Shown: positions 8,581-17,717 of the stretch, in pieces
Layout of the letters: every line of letters begins with the position of its first letter
Position numbering within the stretch: position 1 is the first letter of the stretch
IMG/VR virus record: IMGVR_UViG_3300005573_001612
DNA length: 20,000 nucleotides
DNA from: an uncultured virus (IMG/VR IMGVR_UViG_3300005573_001612)
Lineage: Duplodnaviria; Heunggongvirae; Uroviricota; Caudoviricetes
Direction: 5' to 3' (one strand)
Notes under the pieces: model-generated
The model's input: the letters and a program-made list of their open reading frames with translations, nothing else
What the model was told of the DNA's origin: nothing
Database searches by the model: none
Translations under genes and position numbers: made by a program

Positions 8581-9251
8581 ATTCGTTATTCGACAAAATA
8601 TATTGGATAAACTCACGCAACAGAATGGATCGATTCAGAAACATGATCGTTCGATTTCGTGAGCTATCAATTGAAGCCGAACGCTTCAACGCAATATATG
8701 GCGGCGAACTGGATCACACGAACCTGAACATGCACCGCAGCACTCCGATATTGCTGGCAGATGGCAAGATTGGCAATCAATTCAGATTATTAAATAATGG
8801 CGAGATAGGTTGTTTTATTTCTCATACAACCATTTACCGGAAGATAAAAGAGCATGGATTTGATAAAACATTAATACTTGAAGATGATGCGATATTCTGT
8901 GAAGGGTTCAAAGAAAAGTTTGAACAGGCAATAAAAAATATTCCGGATGATTGGGATATGATTTATTTCGGCCAATGGAATTACGATCACCCTGCAGCAG
9001 GTACAGAACATTTATGCGGTACAATGAACCTAAAGGAGCATATTTCAGAAAATGTGTACCGTGCTGATCGCTGCTGGCTTACACACGCATACGCAGTTCG
9101 ATTAAAGTGTATTGATTATTTGATCGATAATACAAAAGAATTATACGCCTCAATAGATAATGTTCTGGCAGACATTCAAAAAGAATTAAAAGTATACGCG
9201 ATACATCCGGCGTTAATTAATCAGGATGGTACAAAAAGTAGTCTACGATAA
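8577..9251 (+). CDS. glycosyltransferase family 25
   Basis: Motifs 'KIYWIN...RMDR', 'ERFNAIYG', 'GEIGCFISH', 'LILEDDA', 'DWDMIYFG' and 'THAY'. The true start is probably ATG 8577 (ATGA overlap), not 8469. Confidence 0.9.
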   Translation: MNSLFDKIYWINSRNRMDRFRNMIVRFRELSIEAERFNAIYGGELDHTNLNMHRSTPILLADGKIGNQFRLLNNGEIGCFISHTTIYRKIKEHGFDKTLILEDDAIFCEGFKEKFEQAIKNIPDDWDMIYFGQWNYDHPAAGTEHLCGTMNLKEHISENVYRADRCWLTHAYAVRLKCIDYLIDNTKELYASIDNVLADIQKELKVYAIHPALINQDGTKSSLR

Positions 9252-9496
9252 TGGCAAAAGGGAAATTAGAACCTATGGATCAAAAGGGAGTAATTGAATT
9301 CGACCCGGATATTCATGTAATGGTTATCAAGCGTGAGCATGATAAAGAAAATGAAACATACAACGAAAGAACCATTCGTGTTTCAAAAGAACTGGCAAAC
9401 GAACAGCTTTCGTTACCTAAAAAAGACAGGCATGTTTCATGGCGCAATGTTGAATATGCGCCTGTTGAAAAGAAGGTCATCAAGCCTGTTAAGTAA
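9251..9496 (+). CDS. hypothetical charged protein; the frame continues past the TAA to 9595
   Basis: 81 aa, TAATG-coupled to the GT25 gene. After TAA 9494-9496 come 32 more open codons ending in a TAATG overlap with the scaffold start. Confidence 0.65.
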   Translation: MAKGKLEPMDQKGVIEFDPDIHVMVIKREHDKENETYNERTIRVSKELANEQLSLPKKDRHVSWRNVEYAPVEKKVIKPVK

Positions 9497-9594
9497 AAGG
9501 ATAAAGAAGATCCAGAGGAAGATGATTTGGAACACGAATTTATTCCAGGATATGAAGCGAAAAAAAATCCTAAAAAAATTAAACCAACTGAATA

Positions 9595-10485
9595 ATGAAA
9601 GCCGGAGAATATTTAATGTCGGTTTTAGAGCGTGCTGGAATTGACACGACAGACCCAAGTTTCAAAGATATTGCATCGATCACAACGCAAATTCCATCGG
9701 TAGGAGAGGAAGCGTTAAATTCGTTAATGAATGCTAATGAGGCGATTTCATGGGCGAAAAACAATGCTGAAATTAAAAAGCATTTTGTTGCACAAGCGTT
9801 TAATGGATTCGATAAGACAATTGCAATGACTGCAGAAAACAGCGGTCTTGACGAATCTCAAATAGCTCAGTTGAATGCTGAGAAAAACACAGGCAAAAAA
9901 CAGGAAATGCTAATTTCATTTTTGAATGAAAAAATTGAAAGCGCAAAGTCCGGCCAAAAAGGAGCAAAGACAGAAGAAATTGAAGCAAAATATAAAGCTG
10001 AAATCGAAAAGTTGAACGCTACGGTTAATCAGACCAAAACTGATTATGAATCGAAACTTGCGGAAAAAGATTCTCATCACCATAGTTATGTATTGAATTC
10101 AAAAATGGATTCGGTGCTTAATTCTCAAAAATGGTCTGAGAATTATCCTGCAGACATGCGTGGCACATTGGGAAGGCTTGCCGTTGAAAAAGAGCTTCAG
10201 AAATTAGGTGCAAAACCCGTTTTAGATGCCGATGGAAACATTAAATTTGTAAAATCGGATAGTCCGGATTTGGAATATTTTGATACTTCAAATAAAAAGA
10301 TTACATTTGAACAAATCGCGGCGAGAACACTTGCCGAAAACAAATTTTTAGCGGCATCTACCCAGACACCGAACACACATACACCAATACCTGCGGCTAA
10401 TCCATCTCAGCCGAAAACGCCACCAATGACTAAGCCTACGCATGACGCTTTATCCCAAGCAATGAAGGATCAGGGTATCATCTAA
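9595..10485 (+). CDS. capsid scaffolding protein
   Basis: Immediately precedes the major capsid gene. It has a K/E-rich coiled-coil middle and a Pro/Thr-rich C-terminal tail. Confidence 0.7.
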   Translation: MKAGEYLMSVLERAGIDTTDPSFKDIASITTQIPSVGEEALNSLMNANEAISWAKNNAEIKKHFVAQAFNGFDKTIAMTAENSGLDESQIAQLNAEKNTGKKQEMLISFLNEKIESAKSGQKGAKTEEIEAKYKAEIEKLNATVNQTKTDYESKLAEKDSHHHSYVLNSKMDSVLNSQKWSENYPADMRGTLGRLAVEKELQKLGAKPVLDADGNIKFVKSDSPDLEYFDTSNKKITFEQIAARTLAENKFLAASTQTPNTHTPIPAANPSQPKTPPMTKPTHDALSQAMKDQGII

Positions 10486-10522
10486 GATTTATTTATTGGT
10501 TAACGTTTAATTAACGCTAATC

Positions 10523-11659
10523 ATGTCTATCCAACAGCAAAATGCCGTATGTCCGGCCATATTAATTGGGTTAAATGAAATTTTAAAAGACGGAGCACCA
10601 GACTCCTTGTTTACACAAGTCGGCTTAACACAAGCCCTTCTTGATCCTACAAACAGACAGCCGGGTTCGGTTGTGCAAAATGTAGACGCACAAAACGGTA
10701 ACCCTAAAACCGTTCGTATCAAACACAAACAGCGTGCAACGCCAAGCGATACCGCTACAGCCAAAGACTGTGCAACAGGTACGCCTAAGCCTTACTTCGA
10801 AGAAATCTTCACGGTTAATCAGTATCGCCAGCACACAATCAATGTAAAAGAATCGACAATCAGAACGCTTTGTGACGCATCAAGTCAGCTTAAAGCAGTT
10901 CCCGGTGCTGCATTCAATACATGGGAAGGTAATTCATACAACCTTCAATTGATGGCTGAGCAGGTAATGGAAATTATGATGGATTTTGACGCAATGCGCC
11001 AAGCTATCAATAATGACTTGCACACATCTGCAGCTCTTGGTATTGGTGGTTATGTTGGTACTGCTGCCGGAACCGGCAAAAAATTCAACATGTACAGAAC
11101 CACAAACACAAGTGGCTTACAAGAGGGTTCATTGGTACTATCTGGTTTCAATGAATTCAAAAGAGAAATGGCTCGTACGACCTTAACAGGTCAGCCTATT
11201 GTTGTGGGCGAGGGTTACCTTGACTTAGCAATGGCCGCGCTTGATTACGGTTGCTGCAACATCTCCGGTAACGACTTCGGTCAAATGAAGTCTAACCCTG
11301 GATTCAAGTACTACAAGGATTTCACAATGGGAAATTCAATCGGTTCGGCTGATTACGATTTCTTGGCATTCATGCCTGGTACAATGCAATTCGCTTCATA
11401 CAATGAATATGTAGGCGGATATGCAAGGCCAATCGGAGTGGTTGAAAGAGGTACTATTCCTGATCCTGTATTGCCAGGTGTAACGTACGATATGCGTATC
11501 ATACCAAACGCTTGTTCTGGATCTTCTGTGGTTGAGTCTTATGATGTAATTATCGGCTTACACTTCGATTTATGGCAGGCGCCGGTTAATCAGTTCCAGT
11601 CTGCGGACAGATTAGCGAACGTAAATGGAATTTTCCACGGTCAAGTAGGAACATTGTAA
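10523..11659 (+). CDS. major capsid protein
   Basis: 378 aa, following the scaffold. Size, composition and codon usage (AAC/TTC/GGT/ATC enrichment) fit a highly expressed capsid gene. The call rests on synteny. Confidence 0.75.
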   Translation: MSIQQQNAVCPAILIGLNEILKDGAPDSLFTQVGLTQALLDPTNRQPGSVVQNVDAQNGNPKTVRIKHKQRATPSDTATAKDCATGTPKPYFEEIFTVNQYRQHTINVKESTIRTLCDASSQLKAVPGAAFNTWEGNSYNLQLMAEQVMEIMMDFDAMRQAINNDLHTSAALGIGGYVGTAAGTGKKFNMYRTTNTSGLQEGSLVLSGFNEFKREMARTTLTGQPIVVGEGYLDLAMAALDYGCCNISGNDFGQMKSNPGFKYYKDFTMGNSIGSADYDFLAFMPGTMQFASYNEYVGGYARPIGVVERGTIPDPVLPGVTYDMRIIPNACSGSSVVESYDVIIGLHFDLWQAPVNQFQSADRLANVNGIFHGQVGTL

Positions 11660-11661
11660 TT

Positions 11662-12624
11662 ATGAAAAACTGGATAGTATTTTCTTTAGTGTTAGCAATT
11701 GGATTGCTAACACTAAATGCTGTATCGGCACATGATATAATGACAACCGCACCAATTATGGTTGCGTCTGTATATGGATTGTCATGCGGAATAACGCCAT
11801 CAAGATCATGTGAAGATTGCGTTACCGACGAGCGCAATAAAGTTGTTCATGTTGCCCTTGTAAAGCGCGGTACAGCAATAGGCTTGCTCACGTCTGCACA
11901 GGATATATTAACGGCAGAACTTGCGGGAAATGCTTATGTGATTCGTAACGTATCAGGCGCATACGATGGAGGCAAAGGAACATACGGCAAAGGCTTAGGT
12001 AAAGCAATTAAAAGGTTGCTTGCCAAAACACACGTGCTTACGTTCATTGACTTCAGTTATGTTGCTAATGCTGCCTATTGGGCTGCAATGGAAGGCCAGG
12101 CACAGAATTATGACTTGTATTTCTTCACAGATACACAGGTTTGGGTTCAGAAAAATGCCTACCTATCAATTGAGGCTGTTGGTAAAATTACAGACGACAA
12201 TACAACATTTATTGAAGCTGATATTACAGCCACATGGTCGTTTGTGTCAAATCCATTGAACTATCCTGCAAATGTTGATTCGTTAGCTATCTGTCCTCAA
12301 TTGTTTGATGGCTCATCATTGAGCTTTGCGAATGCTTCCGGATCGACAGCGACAATCATTTCAGGTACTGGTTTAATTCCTGATGAAATTGATATGGTTC
12401 ACGGCTCAACTGTAATCAATGCAAAACTGAATGCAGGCATTGCCATTGCTTCGGCATCTATAATTGATGGCACATTACCAGCAGGCATTACATTGTCATA
12501 CTCTGGAAACTATCTTGTGTTGACAGGAACAGCAACCACAGCAGGAACATACTACGCTACTGTAGTAGGGTCAAATGCAACGGGTATTTCAGGCCAAAAG
12601 GCTTTAAAATTTATTGTGAGCTAA
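11662..12624 (+). CDS. virion structural protein (tail-tube or decoration candidate) with an N-terminal signal-peptide-like segment and a C-terminal putative Ig (He_PIG-like) domain
   Basis: Follows the capsid gene. It begins MKNWIVFSLVLAIGLLTLNAVSA, has the Cys cluster SCG...SCEDC, and ends 'GTLPAGITLS...LTGTATTAGTYYATVVGSNATG'. Confidence 0.6.
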   Translation: MKNWIVFSLVLAIGLLTLNAVSAHDIMTTAPIMVASVYGLSCGITPSRSCEDCVTDERNKVVHVALVKRGTAIGLLTSAQDILTAELAGNAYVIRNVSGAYDGGKGTYGKGLGKAIKRLLAKTHVLTFIDFSYVANAAYWAAMEGQAQNYDLYFFTDTQVWVQKNAYLSIEAVGKITDDNTTFIEADITATWSFVSNPLNYPANVDSLAICPQLFDGSSLSFANASGSTATIISGTGLIPDEIDMVHGSTVINAKLNAGIAIASASIIDGTLPAGITLSYSGNYLVLTGTATTAGTYYATVVGSNATGISGQKALKFIVS

Positions 12625-12640
12625 TCTAAATCATTTAATA

Positions 12641-13678
12641 ATGATTGATTACGTAGGTCTGAAAAACTGCAATCTGCCAACTCCGGCCAGCGGTGTTTAT
12701 TTGAATTCTTTGCCTGGTATGACAACCGAAATGGTTGATCGTATCGCAGCAGAGGAACAGATAAACTTCGCTGGCGTTTGGCGTGATGTTCAGGATCGGG
12801 CATACCTGAGATTGAAAACAGATGTGATAAATGAGATGTACAAATATATCAAGTTTAATCAGATCACGTATCAAACACGCAAGCCAATAAAGTCCTACCC
12901 AACCGGAACAACAGCCGTTCCGATGGCACCTATTTACACGGGAATTTATCAAATGTTGCCGGAATCAAAGTATTCTGAATACCGGTTAAATGATGTATAT
13001 ATTTTTTCTGATCGCATCGCTACATCTACATTGAAGGTGTGGGATGTGAATGATGGATCTGTTTTATTTACTCAATCAATTGATTTGGTTGAAGGATTAA
13101 ATGTAATTTCAATCAACCAGGTATTTCAACTTAAATGGCGAATCATTGAGCTATTCATTGGTGTAGATACATCCATGTTTAATTCTATCGAAACGCTGAA
13201 TGATTTTTACTACTACTATTCAAATGATGGCGCATGCGCTGCGCAGGTTACATTCGGATATGGTGCGCTTCGTGGTGTGTTCCAGTTATATCCAGCCACA
13301 TACGATCCAACACTGCCATTACTTTTTAATAATATTATTAAAACAGGCATTGGCAAAGGAATTTCAATGGGCGCAGAACTTCGCTGTTCTGTCGATATTT
13401 TCATTGAAGAAAATAAACAATTGCTTACTCAAAGCTGGCTTTATCTACTTGGAGCAGAAATGCTTCTTGAAAAAATATACTCACCCGTTGGTAGCAGAAG
13501 ATTAAACTTTTTCACGAACGGAAACCTTGAACAAACAAAGGAGCTTCAGGTTGTGTTTGAAAAAAGATATTCTGATAATTTATCACAAAGCCTGAATGCT
13601 ATACCATTAACAGGTCAAGGCATTTGTTTTGATTGTGAAGAAACATTTGCCGTTGCAACAAAAGGAATGATGTTATGA
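12641..13678 (+). CDS. putative head-tail connector/adaptor protein
   Basis: 345 aa, placed after the capsid genes. Helical ends flank a beta-rich insert, and the C-terminus carries CFDC. The call is inferred from synteny. Confidence 0.5.
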   Translation: MIDYVGLKNCNLPTPASGVYLNSLPGMTTEMVDRIAAEEQINFAGVWRDVQDRAYLRLKTDVINEMYKYIKFNQITYQTRKPIKSYPTGTTAVPMAPIYTGIYQMLPESKYSEYRLNDVYIFSDRIATSTLKVWDVNDGSVLFTQSIDLVEGLNVISINQVFQLKWRIIELFIGVDTSMFNSIETLNDFYYYYSNDGACAAQVTFGYGALRGVFQLYPATYDPTLPLLFNNIIKTGIGKGISMGAELRCSVDIFIEENKQLLTQSWLYLLGAEMLLEKIYSPVGSRRLNFFTNGNLEQTKELQVVFEKRYSDNLSQSLNAIPLTGQGICFDCEETFAVATKGMML

Positions 13679-14139
13679 TAACCATTATTTCAAACATATC
13701 GGATCAAATAAATCAAGCTATAAAAAATACAGCAGTAAAAATAAATCCCGAAAATCTGGCTCGTGAAGTTGCATTAGATGTTGTTGCGATAGTTTCTGAC
13801 AGGGTGCAGCAAAGGGGTGAAAAAACAAACGGAGAAAAAGCAGATACAGCGGCAAAAAAAACAACAGGCGCATATTCTAAATACTACGGCATAAAAAGAA
13901 AAAAGGCAGGTCGAGAGATTGATTATATAGACTTCACATTTACCGGAGACATGATGGATAGTTTCATATCAGCCCCAATAGAAGGCGGTGCAGAAGTAGG
14001 ATTCAAAGGTAAATCGGCATCAGATAAAGCAGAGTGGAATGAAGCAAGATTTGGCGAACTGTTTTCGCTGTCTGATTCAGAAGATGAATTGGTAAATAAA
14101 GTAATAACCAATAGGATTAATGCAGTTCTTAACAAGTGA
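13675..14139 (+). CDS. virion morphogenesis / tail-completion protein (Mu gpG / HK97 gp10-like)
   Basis: A basic stretch 'YSKYYGIKRKKAGR' followed by 'IDFTFTGDMMDS', 'VGF', 'KAEWNE' and 'FSLSDSE'. Confidence 0.65.
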   Translation: MITIISNISDQINQAIKNTAVKINPENLAREVALDVVAIVSDRVQQRGEKTNGEKADTAAKKTTGAYSKYYGIKRKKAGREIDYIDFTFTGDMMDSFISAPIEGGAEVGFKGKSASDKAEWNEARFGELFSLSDSEDELVNKVITNRINAVLNK

Positions 14140-14596
14140 AATAAAATCGGTAAATAAAAAGGTGCTGGAAAACATTTCAGGACTGCCAAAATATTACGGT
14201 TTGACGCGCCAAATGCTTGTTGATGAAAAAAAGATAAATATTGAAATCGGCACAAACGAAAGGGTTTTTCTTGATAGTGATTATGACTGTTTTTTTTATC
14301 ACAAATTAACAGATGTTTCATTTCAAGAAATAAAAGCTCCGGGAAAGAAAAAATTATACAATGCGCTCGTTTCGGTTGATTTTGTTGGCATGTCTAAAAA
14401 TCAACAAATGGATAGTGAGGTGTTGTCGGCATTAAGTAATTACAATTTGCTTTTAATAAAAAAAATAAACTACGATTCAATGGCAATAGCCAATTCAGAG
14501 GCAAATGTTATATCGTATGATTTCAGTAGATATTTATTCGTGATCTCGTATCAAATACCAATTAAAACCGATAACTGTTTTGAGCTGTGTCAATAA
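14120..14596 (+). CDS. putative tail terminator-like / structural protein
   Basis: 158-aa alpha/beta ORF overlapping both neighbours, in the position after the gpG-like gene. Confidence 0.45.
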   Translation: MQFLTSEIKSVNKKVLENISGLPKYYGLTRQMLVDEKKINIEIGTNERVFLDSDYDCFFYHKLTDVSFQEIKAPGKKKLYNALVSVDFVGMSKNQQMDSEVLSALSNYNLLLIKKINYDSMAIANSEANVISYDFSRYLFVISYQIPIKTDNCFELCQ

Positions 14597-15021
14597 AATC
14601 AAGAGCTGATTTAAAAGCATTTGTTGATGCGTACATCGAAACAAACGGTCTTGATGCCATTACGGGTGAAATTTTAAATCAATTTCTTAACGACCTGTCC
14701 GATTCTGCAATAAATAAAAATGGCGACACCGGAATACTTGGTGTGCTCAGCTATAACTCACTCTATTTATTAACGAATGACGGGGATTTGGTATATAAAA
14801 AATACTTGATCGATACAATCACATCAATAGTTCCTAAAAAAGTAACAGACAGCATCACAATCGCACTGCTTGCCAATTCTTCGAACTGGGGAGCCACGAA
14901 TCAATATACAGGAACTACAATAACAGGACAGAATACAGGCGATTGGTATGATGATGGATCGTTCAGGTATTTGTTTGTAACAAATACTGCTGTTTCACGA
15001 ATTCCATACGCATTATTATAA
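14587..15021 (+). CDS. hypothetical virion protein (fibre-adaptor-like N-terminus)
   Basis: GTG start. The helical N-terminus '[35 protein letters not shown]' is of a type seen at the start of phage fibre/appendage proteins. Confidence 0.5.
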   Translation: MSIKSRADLKAFVDAYIETNGLDAITGEILNQFLNDLSDSAINKNGDTGILGVLSYNSLYLLTNDGDLVYKKYLIDTITSIVPKKVTDSITIALLANSSNWGATNQYTGTTITGQNTGDWYDDGSFRYLFVTNTAVSRIPYALL

Positions 15022-15023
15022 TT

Positions 15024-17165
15024 ATGAAAAAGCTATTATTACTATCAATCGTATTTGTTTCTGCAGCCTCTATGGCTCAGAATACTGCGTCATTGCCATA
15101 TTGGCCACTATTGTTAAAGCAGTCAACCATTGCAGGCAATGACTCCGTATCAGTATTCAATCACTCCACGTTGAAGTATCAGAAGATGGCTTGGGCTGAT
15201 CTTAATGTTTTAACAACAATATCCGGAATATCTGCAGGCGGCGATTTAACAGGTACATATCCAAATCCAACATTAGCAACGACAACAGTAACACCAGGAA
15301 GCTACACGAATACAAATTTAACGGTCGATTCTAAAGGCAGGATAACGTCAGTATCTAACGGCACGGCCGGAGGGGTAACATCTGTAACAGGAACCACCAA
15401 TAGAATAACATCTTCAGGCGGCGCAACTCCGGCAATAGATATATCTTCATCTTATGTAGGTCAGTCGTCAATTACTACCGTCGGAACTATCGGTACAGGA
15501 ACGTGGCAGGCTACCCCCATAGCAGATACATATATCAGCTCGGCGACAAACTGGAATACTGCATATACAAATCGAATAACAAGCCTTACTACTACCGGAG
15601 GCTCTGGTGCTGCAACGCTTTCAAGCAATGTATTAAACATTCCCACGCCTACATTGGCAGCTCTAGGAGGTATAGGGTTAACAAGTCTTTCGGCAACATC
15701 TCCATTATCGTATAATAACTCAACAGGAAATTTTTCAATAACAAATCCGTGGATACCTATTAATACGAATGACTTATATTATTCTCAAGGAAACGTAAGG
15801 ATAGGCGATGCGTCAACGCCTACAAGTACATTTAATGTTGTCAATACAAATACTTCAACATTACGCGGAGCGTCTTTATATCAATATTCAAACGGAACAA
15901 ATAGCTCTGGTTTGAATTTATTAAAATATAGAGGCACAGTCGCAAGCCCTTCTGTTATTGTAACAGGTGATGTTCTTTCAAATATTCAGAGCTGGGGATA
16001 TGACGGCACAAACCCGATTGCCGCAAGTTCAATACGAACCACATCTACAGGCACATTATCAACCGGTATTATTCCTTCAATAATGGATTTCCGGACAATG
16101 AATGCCAGCGGAGTAATGACAACTGGCATTACATTAGATCAAGCGCAAAATGTTCAATTGGCGGGAAATATTACAAGTGGGGGGTGGCAGGGAACTATTA
16201 TAAGTCCTACATACGGTGGCACAGGCGTAAATAACGGAAGCAATACCCTTACGTTAGCGGCCAATTTAATTACCTCCGGCGCATTCAATACAACTCTTGC
16301 ATTTCCGAGATCAACTACTTATACGTATCCTAACACAGCAACAGAGACGCTTGCAGGGCTAAACACGGCTCAAACATTTGTTCCGGATCAAACATTTTCC
16401 GGGAACATCTTAACATCTGGCAATAACTCAAAAAACATCGGTAGCGCATCAAACGTTTGGGCAGCGATCAACGTCAATAAGATAAGCTGGACGAGTACAA
16501 TCGGTATGCAAATAAAACCGAATGCAACGACAGGCTCAGGCACACACGTTCAACTATTAATCGGCTCTCCTGACGTATCCAGCTCTGGAACAAGTCCGTC
16601 GACTGCCGGCTGTTATTTTGGTTCAGGCAACCATTTGAATACAGGCGTGGGTGCATTCAGTAGTGGTGATGTGTTATTTGATATTGGTACAATAGGCGGC
16701 AGTAGTACAGGCACACGCGGGAATTTCGCATTCGGATATGGATCTTCTTCTCCAAGCTGGAACAGCATGCAGTTAGGAATAGCAATAAAGAATTCTATTT
16801 CTGCACCAACCACAAACGCTTCAGGCGGAACTTATCTATATGCCAATTCTGGAAATTTAGCAACAACCGGAAGTATGCAGTTCCCATTGGCTGGCACCGG
16901 GCTTGCGGTTAAGGTTAGTACAAACGGAAGATTATTTACTGCTGCATTATCAAGCGGTACTGTTACGATTTCAAACTCATCAGTAACAGCTAACACGAAA
17001 GCTATTGTGACGCTTGCTTCCGGCGGCGCTTCTGGCACGTTAGGAGCACAGTATAATTACACGGTTACGTCAGGCTCGATTACAATTACATCTTTAACAA
17101 CAGCGGCCACTACACAGACATTAGACGCGTCTACAGTTCAAGTTTATTTAATTGAAGGATTATAA
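15024..17165 (+). CDS. tail fibre / appendage-like protein with a Sec signal peptide
   Basis: 713 aa, very T/S/G-rich. It has fibre-shaft motifs '[14 protein letters not shown]', '[17 protein letters not shown]', 'TNRITS' (twice) and 'YGGTG'. The N-terminus reads [19 protein letters not shown]. Confidence 0.7.
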   Translation: MKKLLLLSIVFVSAASMAQNTASLPYWPLLLKQSTIAGNDSVSVFNHSTLKYQKMAWADLNVLTTISGISAGGDLTGTYPNPTLATTTVTPGSYTNTNLTVDSKGRITSVSNGTAGGVTSVTGTTNRITSSGGATPAIDISSSYVGQSSITTVGTIGTGTWQATPIADTYISSATNWNTAYTNRITSLTTTGGSGAATLSSNVLNIPTPTLAALGGIGLTSLSATSPLSYNNSTGNFSITNPWIPINTNDLYYSQGNVRIGDASTPTSTFNVVNTNTSTLRGASLYQYSNGTNSSGLNLLKYRGTVASPSVIVTGDVLSNIQSWGYDGTNPIAASSIRTTSTGTLSTGIIPSIMDFRTMNASGVMTTGITLDQAQNVQLAGNITSGGWQGTIISPTYGGTGVNNGSNTLTLAANLITSGAFNTTLAFPRSTTYTYPNTATETLAGLNTAQTFVPDQTFSGNILTSGNNSKNIGSASNVWAAINVNKISWTSTIGMQIKPNATTGSGTHVQLLIGSPDVSSSGTSPSTAGCYFGSGNHLNTGVGAFSSGDVLFDIGTIGGSSTGTRGNFAFGYGSSSPSWNSMQLGIAIKNSISAPTTNASGGTYLYANSGNLATTGSMQFPLAGTGLAVKVSTNGRLFTAALSSGTVTISNSSVTANTKAIVTLASGGASGTLGAQYNYTVTSGSITITSLTTAATTQTLDASTVQVYLIEGL

Positions 17166-17189
17166 AATTACTGCCAAAAATTACTGCCA
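17164..17189 (+). repeat. perfect tandem duplication AAAATTACTGCCA x2 (13 bp unit)
   Basis: 17164-17176 and 17177-17189 are identical and fill the whole gap between the fibre stop and the next ATG. Confidence 0.95.
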
Positions 17190-17716
17190 TGAAAAAGTTC
17201 TTATTATTAATTTCCATCGTTTTTGCATCGATCATTTCGATTGCGCAAACTTATACGGTAAGCTATTACGCTGTTGATAAAGACAAATCAACGACCACTA
17301 TTGTTTTTTATCAGAAAGATTCGACCGCCGGTGCCGTCGGTATTGAATGGGTTGCAACAGATGGTAATACGTACCTTGTTGTCGGCGGTGGTTCGCTTCC
17401 AAACTTCTCACCCGACAATAGGGAGGCTGACAATGTTTTTAGAAAGTATATTAAGGTTGGTACCACATACGGATTCTTATATGAATATCGTAGGACTATA
17501 TCTGATGCGAACTACATCTATGGTAATCCTACAAAACCCAACTTTGGCAATTATGAAGATGATCCGTTTTTGATTGATGGTGTAACACTTAAGAGTGCAG
17601 ATCTTATTACAGAAGCACAGTTCTTCATTGATAATATTATAAAGAATAAACACGGATTACCGGTAAGCATATCGCAGTTTGTTATTGAGTCGATTATAAA
17701 AATTGAGGGACTGTAA
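17189..17716 (+). CDS. exported hypothetical protein (Sec signal peptide)
   Basis: N-terminus MKKFLLLISIVFASIISIA|Q, 175 aa. It ends in IEGL, like the upstream fibre. Confidence 0.7.
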   Translation: MKKFLLLISIVFASIISIAQTYTVSYYAVDKDKSTTTIVFYQKDSTAGAVGIEWVATDGNTYLVVGGGSLPNFSPDNREADNVFRKYIKVGTTYGFLYEYRRTISDANYIYGNPTKPNFGNYEDDPFLIDGVTLKSADLITEAQFFIDNIIKNKHGLPVSISQFVIESIIKIEGL

Positions 17717-17717
17717 G

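Noticed and set aside
4639..9251. Bacterial capsule/O-antigen locus or misassembly
   Set aside because: There are no flippase, polymerase, export or NDP-sugar genes. The GTs are minimal single-domain proteins coupled into phage head genes, and no IS or junction repeat is seen.
10486..10522. Near-palindromic AT-rich spacer before the capsid gene (TTAACG twice)
   Set aside because: Short and AT-rich, and I did not see it recur before other genes. It is consistent with an ordinary unstructured leader.
15024..17165. Diversity-generating retroelement target or invertible fibre cassette
   Set aside because: I saw no reverse transcriptase, recombinase or duplicated template/variable repeat in the window. 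Internal repeats are short and diverged at the DNA level.
397..17573. Alternative-frame and antisense ORFs in the track (e.g. 397-663, 1441-1866, 3698-3985, 9333-9644, 12635-12952, 13923-14321, 16832-17038, 17274-17573)
   Set aside because: They lie largely or wholly within better-supported coupled genes, show no recognisable motifs, and have shadow-ORF composition.
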